Shown piece after piece: positions 1 through 16,645 of a DNA stretch of 64,000 bases. This DNA is from Marsupella aquatica. Lineage: Eukaryota; Plantae; Marchantiophyta. The stretch covers positions 498,751-562,750 of the forward strand of contig OZ316898.1 of assembly GCA_973895155.1 (NCBI GenBank), written 5' to 3'. The translations under genes were made by a program, and so were the position numbers. Positions within the stretch are counted from its first letter, which is position 1. Each line of letters begins with the position of its first letter. Below the pieces are notes generated by a model. That model searched no databases and was not told where the DNA came from. It saw only the letters and a program-made list of their open reading frames with translations.

Positions 1-798
1 ATTGGGAACATCTCCACAGGAAACTCTGCAAAGAAACCAAGAGACAACATAGGCGGTGTTGAGCAAATTTCACTATGTTATCTTAACTAGGGCTACACAG
101 GTAACTCTATAAAACTAAGAATAAATGACTAACATATACATGTCATGGTAAAAACTTGTCGTGTACTACAGTACTAGGGAAGCCCTTTGGTAGACGGGCA
201 TTGATGCCAGGTGGGCGGAGTGCGCGGAAGAGCTGGACGAGAGTCCGCTGACTAAGGCAGTCAAGCGTGTATAGAGTGCTATGGAATGGACTCTGAGGGG
301 AGAAGAGGGTCATGGGAGCTGACACAATGACCTTGCGGGGGAGGGGGAAGAGAGGGAGAGAGGACGAAGAAGAGTGGTGAGAGACCGAGAGAAGAAGAGA
401 GCAGAGAAACTCAGGCGAGGCGTTCTTCCCTTGCTGCTGCGGGTTCGTCGCGTGGTGGTGGTGGTGGTGGACTGGTGTGTTGGTTTCGGAGGGATCGGAC
501 GAGACGGAGCACGCGGAAAGCAGCGAAAGGGACAACTGAGATCGTAGGCAAGTGTTGGCGAGTCGGGGGAGCGATTTTGATGGTGTGAAGGAAGGGGATC
601 GGCAGGTAATGAACCATCGAGCGAGAGAAGGCAAAAATTAGTAGAGGTCGACGAGGAAGAGCAACAGGGCGAGAGGATTGCGGGAGCTTGTGTGTTTCTT
701 ACGGGGGAAAGTGGGACTAGGATCAGGAGTAGGGGGAGGACGAGCGGGGAAGAGGAGAGGGTAGGGTTGAAGACAACAAGAGAAGGAGGGCAGGAGCC

Positions 799-4248
<3,450 letters not shown>

Positions 4249-5550
4249 AGAAAGCTGGCTCTCTGGGACTGTCACAGAGTAGAGATCTGCTGTATGGTTC
4301 CTAGAAAGCATATTTTTTAATGAAAATATGAGAACATTCCATTTACACTCCTGTACCCACGTGAACGTGTTGGCCACGATACCGCGTTGTCTGTAGGTTT
4401 GCAAGGCCTCCCACACTCAGGGCCATTGTAACGTTGTTAATCTTTTACTTCAGCATTGCTCCACCTCGCTTGCCTTGCCTCCATTGGAATACCATGAGTG
4501 ATTTGACAACTTTGTTTGTCACTGAAGACTGTCCCAGTGGGCACTTGGACATGAAATCATGGGATTTTTGGTATCCCATCTGCTCATGGGTCGCGGAAAC
4601 CTTCATAATTTCAATGGAGTTACGTCACAGAAGGATGAGTGAGAGAACTGACCTAGTAAGGAGACCGGTGGTGTTGATCTTCCAGTAGAGATGCTCAGAA
4701 CTAGGCAGGCAAAGTGGTTGTTCTGAGTTTCCACTGGATGTCAGGCGAGCCCCTTTGTTTATAAGTTATCTGTGGCCAGCGTCAATGTTACTCTCGAGGT
4801 ACTGGTAGTGGACAGTAGCTTTGGACAATCTTGTTGTTCCCTCCAACTCCGAGCTGCTGGTGTTCTTCAGAATGACGCACAATGCCCCGGTTCCGTGTTT
4901 AGTGAGAGAGTGGTTTAGTTGTCACCGTAGACATGTAGGTAGAAGTTTTGGGTCTTCAGATTTGTAAACTGTACTACTTTCTAAATGTAGAAGTTTCTGG
5001 TGCCTGCATCGACAGTTTCGCAGGGTCTTTCAGCTCTTTGTCACTGCTGTTTGAAGAGGTCCACTTTGTGCTCTTTTTAATTTGAGCTCCTTTGAGGATG
5101 ATCATCCAGAAAGTTTCTTAGTGGCATTGCTGTATTGCTTCTTATCGGCCTTGGTGTGGTTCACCTGTGGTGTATGTTAGGTGGTATAATATGTTGATAG
5201 AACTCTGAAGTAGCTTGTCAGATGTCTGGCTTTCTAATTGGCGGAAGAGATGGGGATTACCTTTATGGCTGAGGAAGTGTGATTCTTTTTCTTGTCATGT
5301 CCATGCAAATCTTAATAATATCCAGTACAAACCACGCCTTTTATCTTGCATGTGGTAGATTGAAGGTACCACTGTGGGCAAGATAAGTATCCACCTTTTA
5401 AGTCGACAAAATGTAAGGATGTACATTGTGGGAGCGGCCGAGGGCTGTCTCTAGTTGGTGGATTGCTCATTGAGGGCTTTCCTGGAAATGAATTTGAGTT
5501 GCTTGTTCGAGCGGACCATCGAATGACTACATTTCTTCATATTTATTCTT

Positions 5551-5888
5551 AGTGGAATCTGCAAAGTTGGGGAACGCACCTCCACCCCCTCTGTATGGGA
5601 GATAAGATCCTGTGAGCGGGAACCCAGATTCCTATTGGAACAGGTAGAGAGCATGCACAGGTAGATTTTGACCTCAATTGCTGCTTCGTCATCACCATAG
5701 CTTTTTGAAGACAGCTGCAGTGGAATCTGCAAAGTTGGGGAACGCACCTCCACCCCCTCTGTATGGGAGATAAGATCCTGTGAGCGGGAACCCAGATTCC
5801 TATTGGAACAGGTAGAGAGCATGCACAGGTAGATTTTGACCTCAATTGCTGCTTCGTCATCACCATAGCTTTTTGAAGACAGCTGCAG
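5551..5888. repeat. Apparently perfect 168-bp tandem duplication
   Basis: The unit agtggaatctgc...gacagctgc starts at 5551 and again at 5719. The translated ORFs repeat identically. Confidence 0.93.
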
Positions 5889-6268
5889 AGGTGCACAACG
5901 ACTTCCAATCCAACCGGTGTCTGTTTATTGGCTTCCAAACAGATTTTTCAGTCACCAATTCTTCAAATCAGGATTTCGATCACCATCAAATCCTCCAAAT
6001 CAGACCTTGCAATTTCCTGATCAAAAACTCTCCCGGGTATCCATGATCTATCACGCTGCACACAGTTCCCCTTTTGTTTATAGAAATGAATATCACTGGT
6101 CATTGGCCAACCCAGAAAATCTAAAGCAATTTGAGCAGCTCAAACGTTTCTTGGGAAATTTGTCCTCCATGCTACTTAACTACTATTCCCCCTCATGACA
6201 TGGTGCACTTTGATTACCCAAATAAGTGTCTGATCTAGGTTCCTTTATCTGTCTCGTATGTTAGATAA

Positions 6269-6390
6269 ATCTGACTTTGGTCTTAGGTCAAGTGCTCCAA
6301 GCCATCATCATGGTCTTTGGGTTTGCGGTTGATCTGACTTTGGTCTTAGGTCAAGTGCTCCAAGCCATCAGCATGGTCTTTGGGTTTGCG
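6269..6390. repeat. 63-bp tandem duplication
   Basis: atctgactttggtcttaggtcaagtgctccaagccatc... occurs at 6269 and 6332. Confidence 0.88.
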
Positions 6391-6429
6391 GGTTGTTTGA
6401 GTATGGTCTTCTATCCGTCTTTCCTTTGC

Positions 6430-8720
6430 GTATCTCATATCCTTTGGTTTTTGGTTGAACTTTGGTGATACCGGCGGCTCTTGCAGGCTTTAGCATTAGT
6501 CCCTGATTCATCTTTGTTAAATTGTCCACGATGACATCTGACATCCGACTTGGTATCGTCCATTGGCTCCTTATCCAACCCTCTCAAGTGAGGGATGATG
6601 CCCTCCTCCGATTCTTGACCCCCTTTTGGCCTCGGCTTCACACTTGTCTTTGTTGTTGTCCAATTTGGTGTCTTCATCGTCCCACCAATCGTTTGGAGGA
6701 GGGTCCATCTTCTTCTGCTTGTCCTGCTAATGCGCCCTATTGAAGGTGTTTGCAGCAGCGGCCAACGTCCAACCCAAGGCTTGTCCTCCTCCTTAAAATG
6801 CTCATCCAGGGAAGTTAACGCCTCTTCCTCGGGTCAGGTCGGATCTGGGATTCTCTCCTCCATGGGAGAGCCTTTTGCGCTCTTAGATCGAGTGTTCTTA
6901 GTCATGGCTCCAGCGATCAAAATTGCTCCCAGTTGACCCACCAAACTCGTCAAAAAACCAAGTCCCTGCAAAAATCTGCTAGGATTTTTGGATTCTGACT
7001 TAGTTCAACTTTGGCCCAATCTCTATAAAAGCAATTGCTCTAATACCACAAGTGGTCGACTTAGCCACCCAATGCCCTCACCAAACCAAGTACTCTTGCC
7101 TAAGTACCCTTGGGCCTAAATGCCTTGACGAAACTCCACAAACCAACTTGATGTCTCTATCATCGCTAGCAGCAACTCCCATACGAAGCTGCACTCGCTC
7201 CTCAGCATGATCATCGCTCAATGGCCTCTATTATCTGCACAAGCAACCAACCCCATCGGTAAGAGTAACTCGCTTTGATCTCTGATCCCACGTCATTCAT
7301 TTGTCTTGCCTCAAGCTCAATAGTTGTTCGTTAATAGGTCAATAGATAGAGTCTCCCATGCCCGTGTGGCCTTGCCATAAGCTGAAGCTAAGGTTAACAC
7401 CCATTGTTTGTCCAGAACAACCCTTCTATTGGGTGCCGCCCAAGCTTCTCCGCTTTCTATCCATTATCAGTTGACCGCCTTGCCTCTAGAATATGCCCAT
7501 GGCCCAATTAGCTAGCTTGTCCCACACGTCGAGACCAGTTTGGCCTTGACTCTAGCAACCATCTTCACAGCTAACTCAACCAAGAGTCCAAAGGCAAGAT
7601 GCACTTGGACCTCTACACCTGTCCCCTACTATGGATTTCATTCCCAATGCAAGTTGTCATGGGAAATTGAATGCAGCTTGGCTGCTATTTTGGCAAAGCG
7701 AACGCCATTGCAAACCATGAGGACCAAAGGCACCTGTAGACCAATTTGAGATTAGCAGGATGTAATCCTCTTTGAGAACTTTCCAACACACCCAAGAAGT
7801 CCCCCAACAGACTTCCCATTGAGGAGATATTATCATTTTTGTTCGGTTTTTGCCCTTAGTAGCCTGACTGCCGCGCTTCATGACTTGGGCTTGCCCTTAC
7901 CTACTGGGAGCCACTCCCCTCATATATGCTTCTAAAGACCTGTCACTCTTGACCAACTTTGGTCACCTATTTTTGGCCCTTTACTTGGACTCCCCTAGGC
8001 CCTCAGTCTTAACTAATACATGGAGGACGTGCAAACGCTCGAAGGATAGTTTTTATTCATTTTGAACTAATAATTATAATTATTACCGGTAATGAGGGAA
8101 CTTTTAATGGTAAAATAGAAATAACAAGGGGTGAACACAAAAAGGGCCCGATCGCAGGGGGTCCACTTCTTTTACATGGAGTGAGTGCCCAGGGTTGGAC
8201 TCCAACCCGATCAACTAGACACGAAGCTAACTTGTTAGGCCCAAAACCTTCTAATTAAACGTTCGTAGGTGAAGTGTCTTAGCCTGTTTTGATTGGGCTG
8301 ACACAATGCTCATGCAGGGCCCTTAGAACACATTGTAAGTCTAGGATCTTGCACAGTTACATCCAAGCTACGTTTATCTCATGCGCCAAGCATCCGTTCT
8401 GTATGAACTGAACTTCTTTGGCCTTAGGCTCAAAAGGACCTCTCACTTGAGCCCTCAAAACTCAAAATCCATCCGGAGGCCCAAAAAATCCGCCTTGACT
8501 TGGCCTTTTCCATGACCCGACCAACTACCAACGCAAGTCCAAATCCTTTGTGTCACCAGCTCAGCGTATTGCCTTTGCTAGTGCAACGCTTCATTGCCCA
8601 CAACTTTTCCCATAATTAGTCCCAATCGGATGGTCGTGCTAGGGGCCTGGACCATAGAGGAGCTCAACGTTGGAGACAACAATATTGGAGCTAAGTGATA
8701 GGGTAATTGAGTTTTGTGAC
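6430..8720 (-). mobile_element. Degenerate truncated LTR retrotransposon: LTR (~8720-7050), tRNA-iMet PBS and gag-start remnant
   Basis: 7050-8720 is a diverged reverse-complement copy of ~11222-12702. On the minus strand it is followed by TGGTATTAGAGC (7048-7037), a one-mismatch iMet PBS, then a decayed ORF starting MTKNTRSKSAK near 6906. Confidence 0.6.
7993..8194. mobile_element. 202-bp MITE with 8-bp TSD, nested in the old LTR
   Basis: TSD ttggactc at 7985-7992 and 8195-8202. TIRs ccctaggccctcagtc vs ccctgggcactcactc (13/16). The segment is absent from the paralogous LTR copy. Confidence 0.75.
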
Positions 8721-9580
8721 TATTTTTGCTCAAATTTATCATGATTTTACAAGAGTAACCCGACGGGATAGAGATAATAAATGGCCGTACACTATACGTA
8801 GTAGAGGCAGAAGCATAGTGCTAAAAGTCTATCCACAATATTCAGGAGCTTCATAATCACCGTTGTACGCAGACTGGTGTTGTGTAAAAATATAATTGCA
8901 TCATCCTTTTTGAAGGATAGAAGATCTTCTAAAGCATTTACATTTAGAAGGTCGCATGACTTGGATTGAAGCATTTGAGGAATGCAATACTCATCACAAC
9001 CATCAAGTGTTAGACTACTTAGATAAATGTGCTCATGTTGAGACTGAGACTCTGGCAGCAAAGATATATTGGATAAGAAAGCAAAAATGTTTCATCCGAA
9101 GGAATGTAGCATACTCAAGTGAGAATCTAAAATATAAAATAATGATATGGTTTGCTCCAACAATGAAAACAACAATCTATGATATATGAGATATTGATAT
9201 CAACGATGATTGGAAAACAAATTTCTATAAATATTCTAATTTGGGAAATGCTTCAACTTTTATCCAACATCAATGCAAATTGGTTGGAGACTCTATTATC
9301 GATTACATTGAGCCCAACTTTGCGATGCCTCTACTAATAGATAAGCAAAAAAGATTTATGATTGCGTCAAAAATTGTTACAAAATGCAGTATACAATTGC
9401 AATTCAACGAGCAATTCAAAATTTACAATGTTGGTGGAAAGTAAAAACCTTTCTTGATTGAAGCTATTTTGCACAGTATCTAGCTTAACAAACAATTTGG
9501 GATTACCATTGGCATTGATCAAAATTGCACCCATAGGAGTTATAGCTCATGCCTTATTGATAAGATCGATGCCAAAATTT

Positions 9581-9720
9581 GAGGCTTTGAAAATAGTTGC
9601 ACTCTTACGATTGCAAAAACGCTGAAAGCATATACAATATTTGGTTATTGAGGCTTTGAAAATAGTTGCACTCTTACGATTGCAAAAACGCTAAAAGCAT
9701 ATACAATATTTGGTTATTGA
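9581..9720. repeat. 69-bp tandem duplication
   Basis: gaggctttgaaaatagttgcactcttacg... occurs at 9581 and 9650, with 1 mismatch seen. Confidence 0.88.
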
Positions 9721-11221
9721 TGTCCATGATAGGGTTAAAATCACTTGCAAAATAGACTAACTTGCACTTGCAATAAACATTTTCAATCTATTATTTAATT
9801 GAAGATATTGGGCAACTTCCTCCCGTGGGCAATACTTCTCTATTTAGGGCCCTATCATTTAGGCAAAGATGCACTAGATCAAGCGTTGCTAGAAAAAAAC
9901 AACATAACTTTTTAATAAGATTTCCATAATGCATGTTGTCAATAGTATTGCACCAATGAGACTATGGCCAAAAGTAGATAAAGTTTTGTACCAAGCTGTT
10001 AAGCTTTCATCCCCTTAACGGACCCCTTAGTGTAATCTAGAAAATCCTATCGATGTAGTCATAAGTACAAATGGGTTAGATACACCTCATCCCCTAATCT
10101 AGTTGTATGTTATGCTAAATGTCATTATATTGGATATTGTTTGTCAATGTTTTCCCGAACATTCTTTAGGATTGATGTGGAATTATAGCCATCATGGAAT
10201 TTGCATCAATATGCCTTCTTATCTTCGGTGTCACTTAACCATTCATGCAACTAGTGCCCATTTGGCCCACCAAGTACTGCCATTCTTACCAAGGTGAGAT
10301 TCCTCAACGGATAATTGAACATTGTCTTGGTGCTTTTGAACTTCTCCGTGAGATATTTAAGAAAGTAAGGAAAAAGCAAAACAATTGCTCATATGAGTAG
10401 TTTTTTGGTCACATAAAGCAAAATTATTTAATGTTAGCAATTTTGTTTGCAATAATCTTAACTATGCAATTTACATTTTCTGAGGGGATTATTATTATTT
10501 TTAGTTCCCTAGCTAACAATAAAGTTTTTGCTAATACTTTTTTTTCACATTGTTATTTGACTCTTCTCTACCAATGTTCTTATCAACATCAACCTCAACC
10601 TCAATTTCAATATAGGAATGCTCCTCGATATCAAACGTTATCCTATTATTGGGCTGATTCCCTGTGTATGTCTCCAATCCAATTTTGGGCTGGTTTGTAT
10701 ATGGACCTTGTACCAATATTGGGCTCCCAATGTTGGTATGACTCATAAAATAAAACTTATTTAATATCATTTTTTTGTTTGTCAAGTGCCTTAGTTTGCT
10801 CTATGTTGACTTCCTCCCTCGTTCCGTTCATCCACCCTTACAACCTCGGATGGTGCTTTTATCAAATTATTTTTATTTAAACTCTTGGTTGAACATATCA
10901 TTGGGCACCTATATGTCCCCTTGGCGGTGGCAAAGGTGGTGGAGATGCTACTCCCTTAACCCTTCACAGCCATTGAGGCCTGACATAGCTAATTAGCCAG
11001 TTGTTGAATTTAGTAAGCTTTCTCATCGAGTCATGTTTGTAATTTGTCTTTTTTCTAGACCAAGTTCTCAGCCTCCTCTTTGGCACTATCTTGATGCTAA
11101 ATGTCAAGGTTGATATCTACTTGTAAGAAATCATCAACTTAAACAAGGCAACACCATGCTGAACATGACCATACACTTGATCACACTCTACGCTCAAGAG
11201 ACACCACCATTGACCTATGAA

Positions 11222-12702
11222 TTCACGGAACTTGACTACCTTAACACTTAGCTCTGGCGTCGCTGACTCTGATGCCGAGCTCCCCTATGGTCCAAACCCG
11301 GAACGGCCATCCGGGGAGGACTCAGCATGAGGAGACTTGTGGGCAATGGGGCGTGGCACCGGCGAAGGCAAGGCGCTAAGCTGGTAACACACACTAAGGA
11401 CTTAGACTAGCTGGGGGCAAGTCGGGCCATGGGAAAGGGCCGGACTCAAGGTTGACCGGCCAGACCCTCAACGGACTTTGAGATCTGAGGGCTTGGGTGA
11501 GAGCTCCTCTTGGGCCCAAGGCTAATGGAGTTTACTTCATGTACAACGGATGCTTGGGGCACAAGATATGGCCTGACCCAAGTTTGGCTGCTTGGGAACA
11601 CCAAGCGACGACCGGTTCTGAGGGCCTAGGCATGAGCACTGGGTTGACACAATCACAACGGGCTAAAGCACTTCACCTAGGGACGCCTAACTAGAAAGTA
11701 ATGGGCATAGCTAGTTGGTGGCGTGGCCAAACGTGCAAGTTGGGGTTCACGTGGGGGGCCAAAATTTGGGGACCAAAGAAGGTCCGAGGGTAGCAGGTCT
11801 CCAGAATCATATATGAGGGGAGTGGCGTCTCCCGGGGGGCCTAAGGGCAAGCCAAAGTCATGAGCCGCGGCGGTTGTGACACTAAGGGGAAATGTCAAAT
11901 GGAAACGACGATAACTTCCCAACAGGAAGTTTGTTGGAGGACTTCTTGGGTGTGTTGGAAAGCTCTTGAGAAGGACTAAAATCCTCCTGAGATCAGCTGG
12001 GTCTAGGGGTGTCATGGATTCTTGGGTTTTGTGGGGGCTATCTTGGCCGTTTGCCAAATCTTGCCAAAACAACAGCCAATTAAGTAGCGTTCAGTTTCCC
12101 AAGGGAGCTTGGGTTGGGAAGGCGAGGCCAAGTAGGCATGGAGGTTGAGTTCCAAGTGAACCCTAGGCTATCAATTGGGTGAGAACCGGGAGTTGGTTGT
12201 TAGAGTCGGGACCATTCTGGTCTAGGCGTGTTAAGACAAACTTTAGGACAAGCTACGCTATTTGGGCCATGAGTATGTTCTGGGGGTAGGGTGGTCAGTT
12301 GGTGATGGATAGGTATGAGGGGGAACCCGGGCTGCACCCGAAGAGGGGTTGTTCTCGACAAATAGTTGGTGTCGGCTCTAGTTTTGGCTTATGGCAACGG
12401 GGGGACCTATAGTTGACCTAATTACCAATGTCTGTTGAGCTTGAGTTAGAAAGCTAGACTTGGGGAGATCTAGATCCTGGTGGGTTACTTACCGGAGGGT
12501 GTGGTTGCTTGTGCTGACCGTGAGGACCGTTGAGCAATGGTCGTGTAAGGAGCAAATGCAACTTCATGGGAGTAGCCGTCGGGGGTGCAAGGGGCATCAA
12601 GTTGCTTGCTCAAGGAATTTTGTGGAGGCATTCGGGCACCAAAGGCACTTAGGCATGGGTGGTGGGCTTGGTGAGGGCATTGGGTGGCAAGGTCCACCAC
12701 TT
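11222..12702 (+). mobile_element. Old LTR-like repeat (probable solo LTR), inverted paralogue of 7050-8720
   Basis: Collinear reverse-complement similarity along ~1.5 kb (e.g. ttccaacacacccaagaagtc, ccacccaatgccctcacca). Boundaries are approximate and no TSD was found. Confidence 0.6.
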
Positions 12703-15620
12703 ATGACCACGGATGGAGAAATTCTTAGAGTTAGTCAAGAACTAGAGTCAAATCCTAACAATCTCCACGTTAACCTCACTTCTAACACAGCCCATGAATC
12801 GCGTCAAAATAAAGATTCTAATATATTTGATTGGAAGTACCTTAGATAAATTTGATCCCCAAAACATTTAAATACTCTTTGAAAGGTAAATAGGTCAAGA
12901 GATGTGATCAATCATAAAATTCATTTGGAATCCCCAAGATATTTTGAAGTACTTTAGATATATGTGATTTCACTGTTTTTTTGTATGATATTTTAAGGAC
13001 AAATGAGTCAAAAAATCTTTTGAATGTGAGCAAGTGAAAAATTATAATGATGAAAAATAGACTATTCGGAGATTAAAAGTTTGTTAGATTCTCAATTTCA
13101 TATTCTTAAAGACTCAAATGATGGTTTCTTTCTGTTTTTTTGGTACCTTTTGAGTTTTTGCAAAAAATATGATAGTTTCAGGTGTATTTCTGGCATTTTC
13201 ACATATTTTGAAGGTTTCTTGAGCAAATATTCTTATTGTTAGGTTTAGTAACCATCCTTTTGTCTGACTTCTTGTTTAACCAACAATACTATGGGGTATC
13301 GTCAACTATCCTTGAGTACTCTAGGATAATGTGACCCCTCTAGACAAATAGTAGTAACAAAATTTAATTGCCAACAATCAAATCCATAGAGACAAGATAT
13401 TCATCTTCAAGAAAAATGTAAGAAATGGAAATTTTGTGTGATGCAACATTTCTAGTAAATGATCCTCATGGATGAGCCTCATAGAAATTCTAGATGATGT
13501 GACATGTAGGTTGACCCAAGTTTTGCAGGAGGCTTATATTGGAGTTCAATATGCTTCCAAGGTAGAATGTTTGGATCTAACTTCTTCTCCATCATCAGAT
13601 TATCATGCTTTTACTCTAAGTTTTACTTCAAGATGTTTCCTCTATGGTTCCAAAAGAGTCATATCAATGAAATCTTTCAAATTGAGTAGATATTGCTACA
13701 ATGGATCACAAGAGCTATGGCAATGAGAGTAAGCATAGAGCTGCATGCAGGCAAGAAGGTGCAAAAAATGTGTTTTGTGTTACTTGGCATTTTCTAATGA
13801 ATATTATGTCTGAACAGGGGTATTTAAATTGGGGTTGATATTGGCTTGCATTGGTGGAGTTTGAAAATTTAGATTCAAGACCTCTATTTTCCATGAAAGC
13901 ATGAGTAACTTTAGCAATAGGATCCGCAAATTGTAGAGTGGGTGAAAATGCTCTTAGTTGGTTGAATTTTAGTTCACTACTATGATGTGAGTTGCACATC
14001 ACTAAAGCATGTTCTGAAGTTTATTGTAACCATATACATTTGATATCCTGCTTTTCCAGGTTTTGCTCCAAAGTATTTGCTTGATGAGACCCAAAAATAA
14101 AAAAATTACTTGATAGAACCCTTAGTTGGGGTCTTGGGTACGTTGATTCAAGGTCTATCAAGGTCAACCAAAGATCTGAAATAGTCAAGGCTCCTATCAA
14201 GTAACGCTTTTCATTTGGGGATCCATCAACCAAATACCTTGTTTTGCCCCTTTATTCTAGATACAAGAGCTTGGCTACTCTGAGGCTTTTTTCCTTGTAA
14301 TAGTTTTTGCCCCGTTTTGGAGGTCCTCTCTCACTCAATTCTCAATGGGATCCATAATACCCAATTGCTTTGAATTGTTCTTGTCAAGGCACATCAAACC
14401 AATATGAGATATGACACAAATAGTTATGTATTGGCATACATATGGTTACATTAGTTTTTATATATATCCTTCTCATTGTTGGTCAATCGCTTCCTTGCTG
14501 AGGATCAAACCTTACTTTAATCTCTCATGGAGGTTGAGGAGGCTTCCCTTCCATTTCAGGTTCATTTGCAAGAGGTGCGATCATTCCTACCAAATCTTGG
14601 ACGCGCTATGCTACCTTTTTTTTAGGAGGTTTTATCCTTGGACCCCATCTGTCTTCAGGCTGACCTTGCTATGTGTATGCACACTTTCACCCTCTCTAGC
14701 ATCTTTGCCAAGACACCTGAAACAAACCAAGTTTAGATTCTTTCTTTTGGAGGGTGGCTTCAGACCAATCCGACCATCCCTTATCTACGGATGTCTTTAG
14801 AGGAGTTCTTGACTGCCATTGATCTTTGTCTAGGGATGCCTTACCCTCTTCTTGTAGGTTTACGTACTTCATGCACATGTGGAAACCCGTGTGGAAGCCT
14901 GATGTCATAGGGATACATCTTCTTCGTGCAATTTGGTAGGTAAACCATAGTTGTTCATGATATTACTTAGGTTCTTTATGGGTCCTTGATACATATGTAG
15001 TGGGAGTGTTAGGATATGCCTCTAGTATAACCTATATACTTCCATAGTACTAAGTAAACTTCAGTAGACTAGGATAGCACTAGTTTGAGTTCCAGGTTCC
15101 CATAGACCATGGGAGGGGGCATACCCAAGGGGAACACAAACTTGTGCTCACACTTGAAGGTTCATTATCTAGGAGAGAGAGCGAGGAGGTGAGAGGAGGA
15201 GCTCTAGCATGTTAGCTATAGAGCAGGTGTAATTGCATTGAATATTACTAGATTTCTTTCATGGCCATGGACCTAGCCCAGACGGGGTGAACCACACACC
15301 TTCAGTGTCAAAGTCTATGGATGTTTGTTCACATGTGTTGATGCTATCTCGTTCAAACTAGATTTATTCCCAACAGGGAGGTGGTGCTCGAACTACCTGG
15401 TCCTCCACCATAGCAATTATGGGTTGATCTTACCATGGTCTGTGATGGTCGACATACTTTGGTGAATGTTGTGGTAGCAAAACCTTTGTGTTGGGACATC
15501 ATCAAGATAGCGACGATAACCATAGGGGCATCCTGACCAGCCACGACAAAGGAGGCAAAAATGTGTTGCTCAAGCTTCATCGGATACCTTCCTCCCCCTT
15601 GCTATTGAGATATTTGAGTG

Positions 15621-16645
15621 TGTGACGCTGCCGGTACGGCGGTTAATGAGTGATTCAGTCTAATTGCGCTCGGCACGCGCGTTAGGTGGGTCTTAGGCCG
15701 CTATTATTAGCATAACGACAGTATTTAGGTAATCATTAGGGGTAGGACATCATTAGGTAATAAGGGGGACTTCAGGTTCGGGCTGGCGGCGGGTCGCTAT
15801 TCGCACACCCGGGTTACGAGCGTGGAAGGGCCCCTCCCTCGGGTCCGTATAACGAACTTAAGGAAGCGGCCACTGACGCACGCTGACTCGGACCGGCGGA
15901 GTGGCCGGTACACCACAAGCATGAGCGGTTCAGCCTATGGGCGTCGAGGAGACGTCGGGGATCGACAAGCCCTCAAAGTATAAAAGGGGAGCCAACCCTT
16001 TGTAGTGCACCAGTCCATCAGTCCGCGCGCCAGCTTCGACCCCAGCTCTCTCGTTCTCTCTAGGTCGCCACTACTATCTCCTCTGAATGTCGCACACGAT
16101 CCTCTCCATCTCGGTCATTCGATTCTGGATGCAGTTCCTATCTACCGGAAGACGTATTACATTGGCGGGAAGGCGTATTTCGCTAGCCACATCGAAATCA
16201 TTCTTGGGTGGTACGCCCGGTTTGATCGACGAACCCTTCCCCGCATCAACGTTACAAAGCTGGTCCCAGCTAGGTGGGTTTTTCCGGCATTGGAGAGATG
16301 GCCCCAACCCGAGGCCCGAAGTCCAGTGGACACGCCAACTTCACCCACCCCACCTCCACAAATAGCTGTAACCGTAACCGAGGAGGCGCCGGAGGGGTCG
16401 GTCGTCGCAACCGTTGATGCGACCCAACTAGCCGGGCTAAGTACAGAAGTTGGTACGGCAGAGGTCTTACCCGAACCCGGGTCTCCCAAGGACCCGCCGG
16501 TGGCAATTCCGGAGAACCGGACATCGCTGCAGGAGGACACTCCAGCCCCTTCCCACGTTATGTCCCCCAGGCTGGACGTCACTGCCCCGGCCCCTGCGCG
16601 TGTTGACGTCTGCCCGTGCCCAAATCCGGACAGGCACAACTTGGA
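15621..16645 (+). repeat. 5' LTR, internally deleted
   Basis: 15621-16151 matches 21640-22170 (offset 6019), and 16147-16645 matches 23559-24057 (offset 7412). About 2-3% substitutions by eye. After 16645 the sequence runs directly into gag. Confidence 0.92.

Noticed and set aside
5551-9720. CRISPR-like arrays
   Set aside because: Only two-copy tandem duplications without spacers, in a eukaryotic context.
8780-10430. Possible decayed transposase or Ulp1 remnant (D*CGIIAIMEF)
   Set aside because: Too degenerate; only one weak motif.
13250-14240. Possible hAT transposase remnant
   Set aside because: No diagnostic motif or termini were recognisable.
14890-15261. Possible solo LTR within the CRE remnant (TG..CA)
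   Set aside because: It interrupts the LINE frame, but I found no matching TSD and the boundaries are unsupported.
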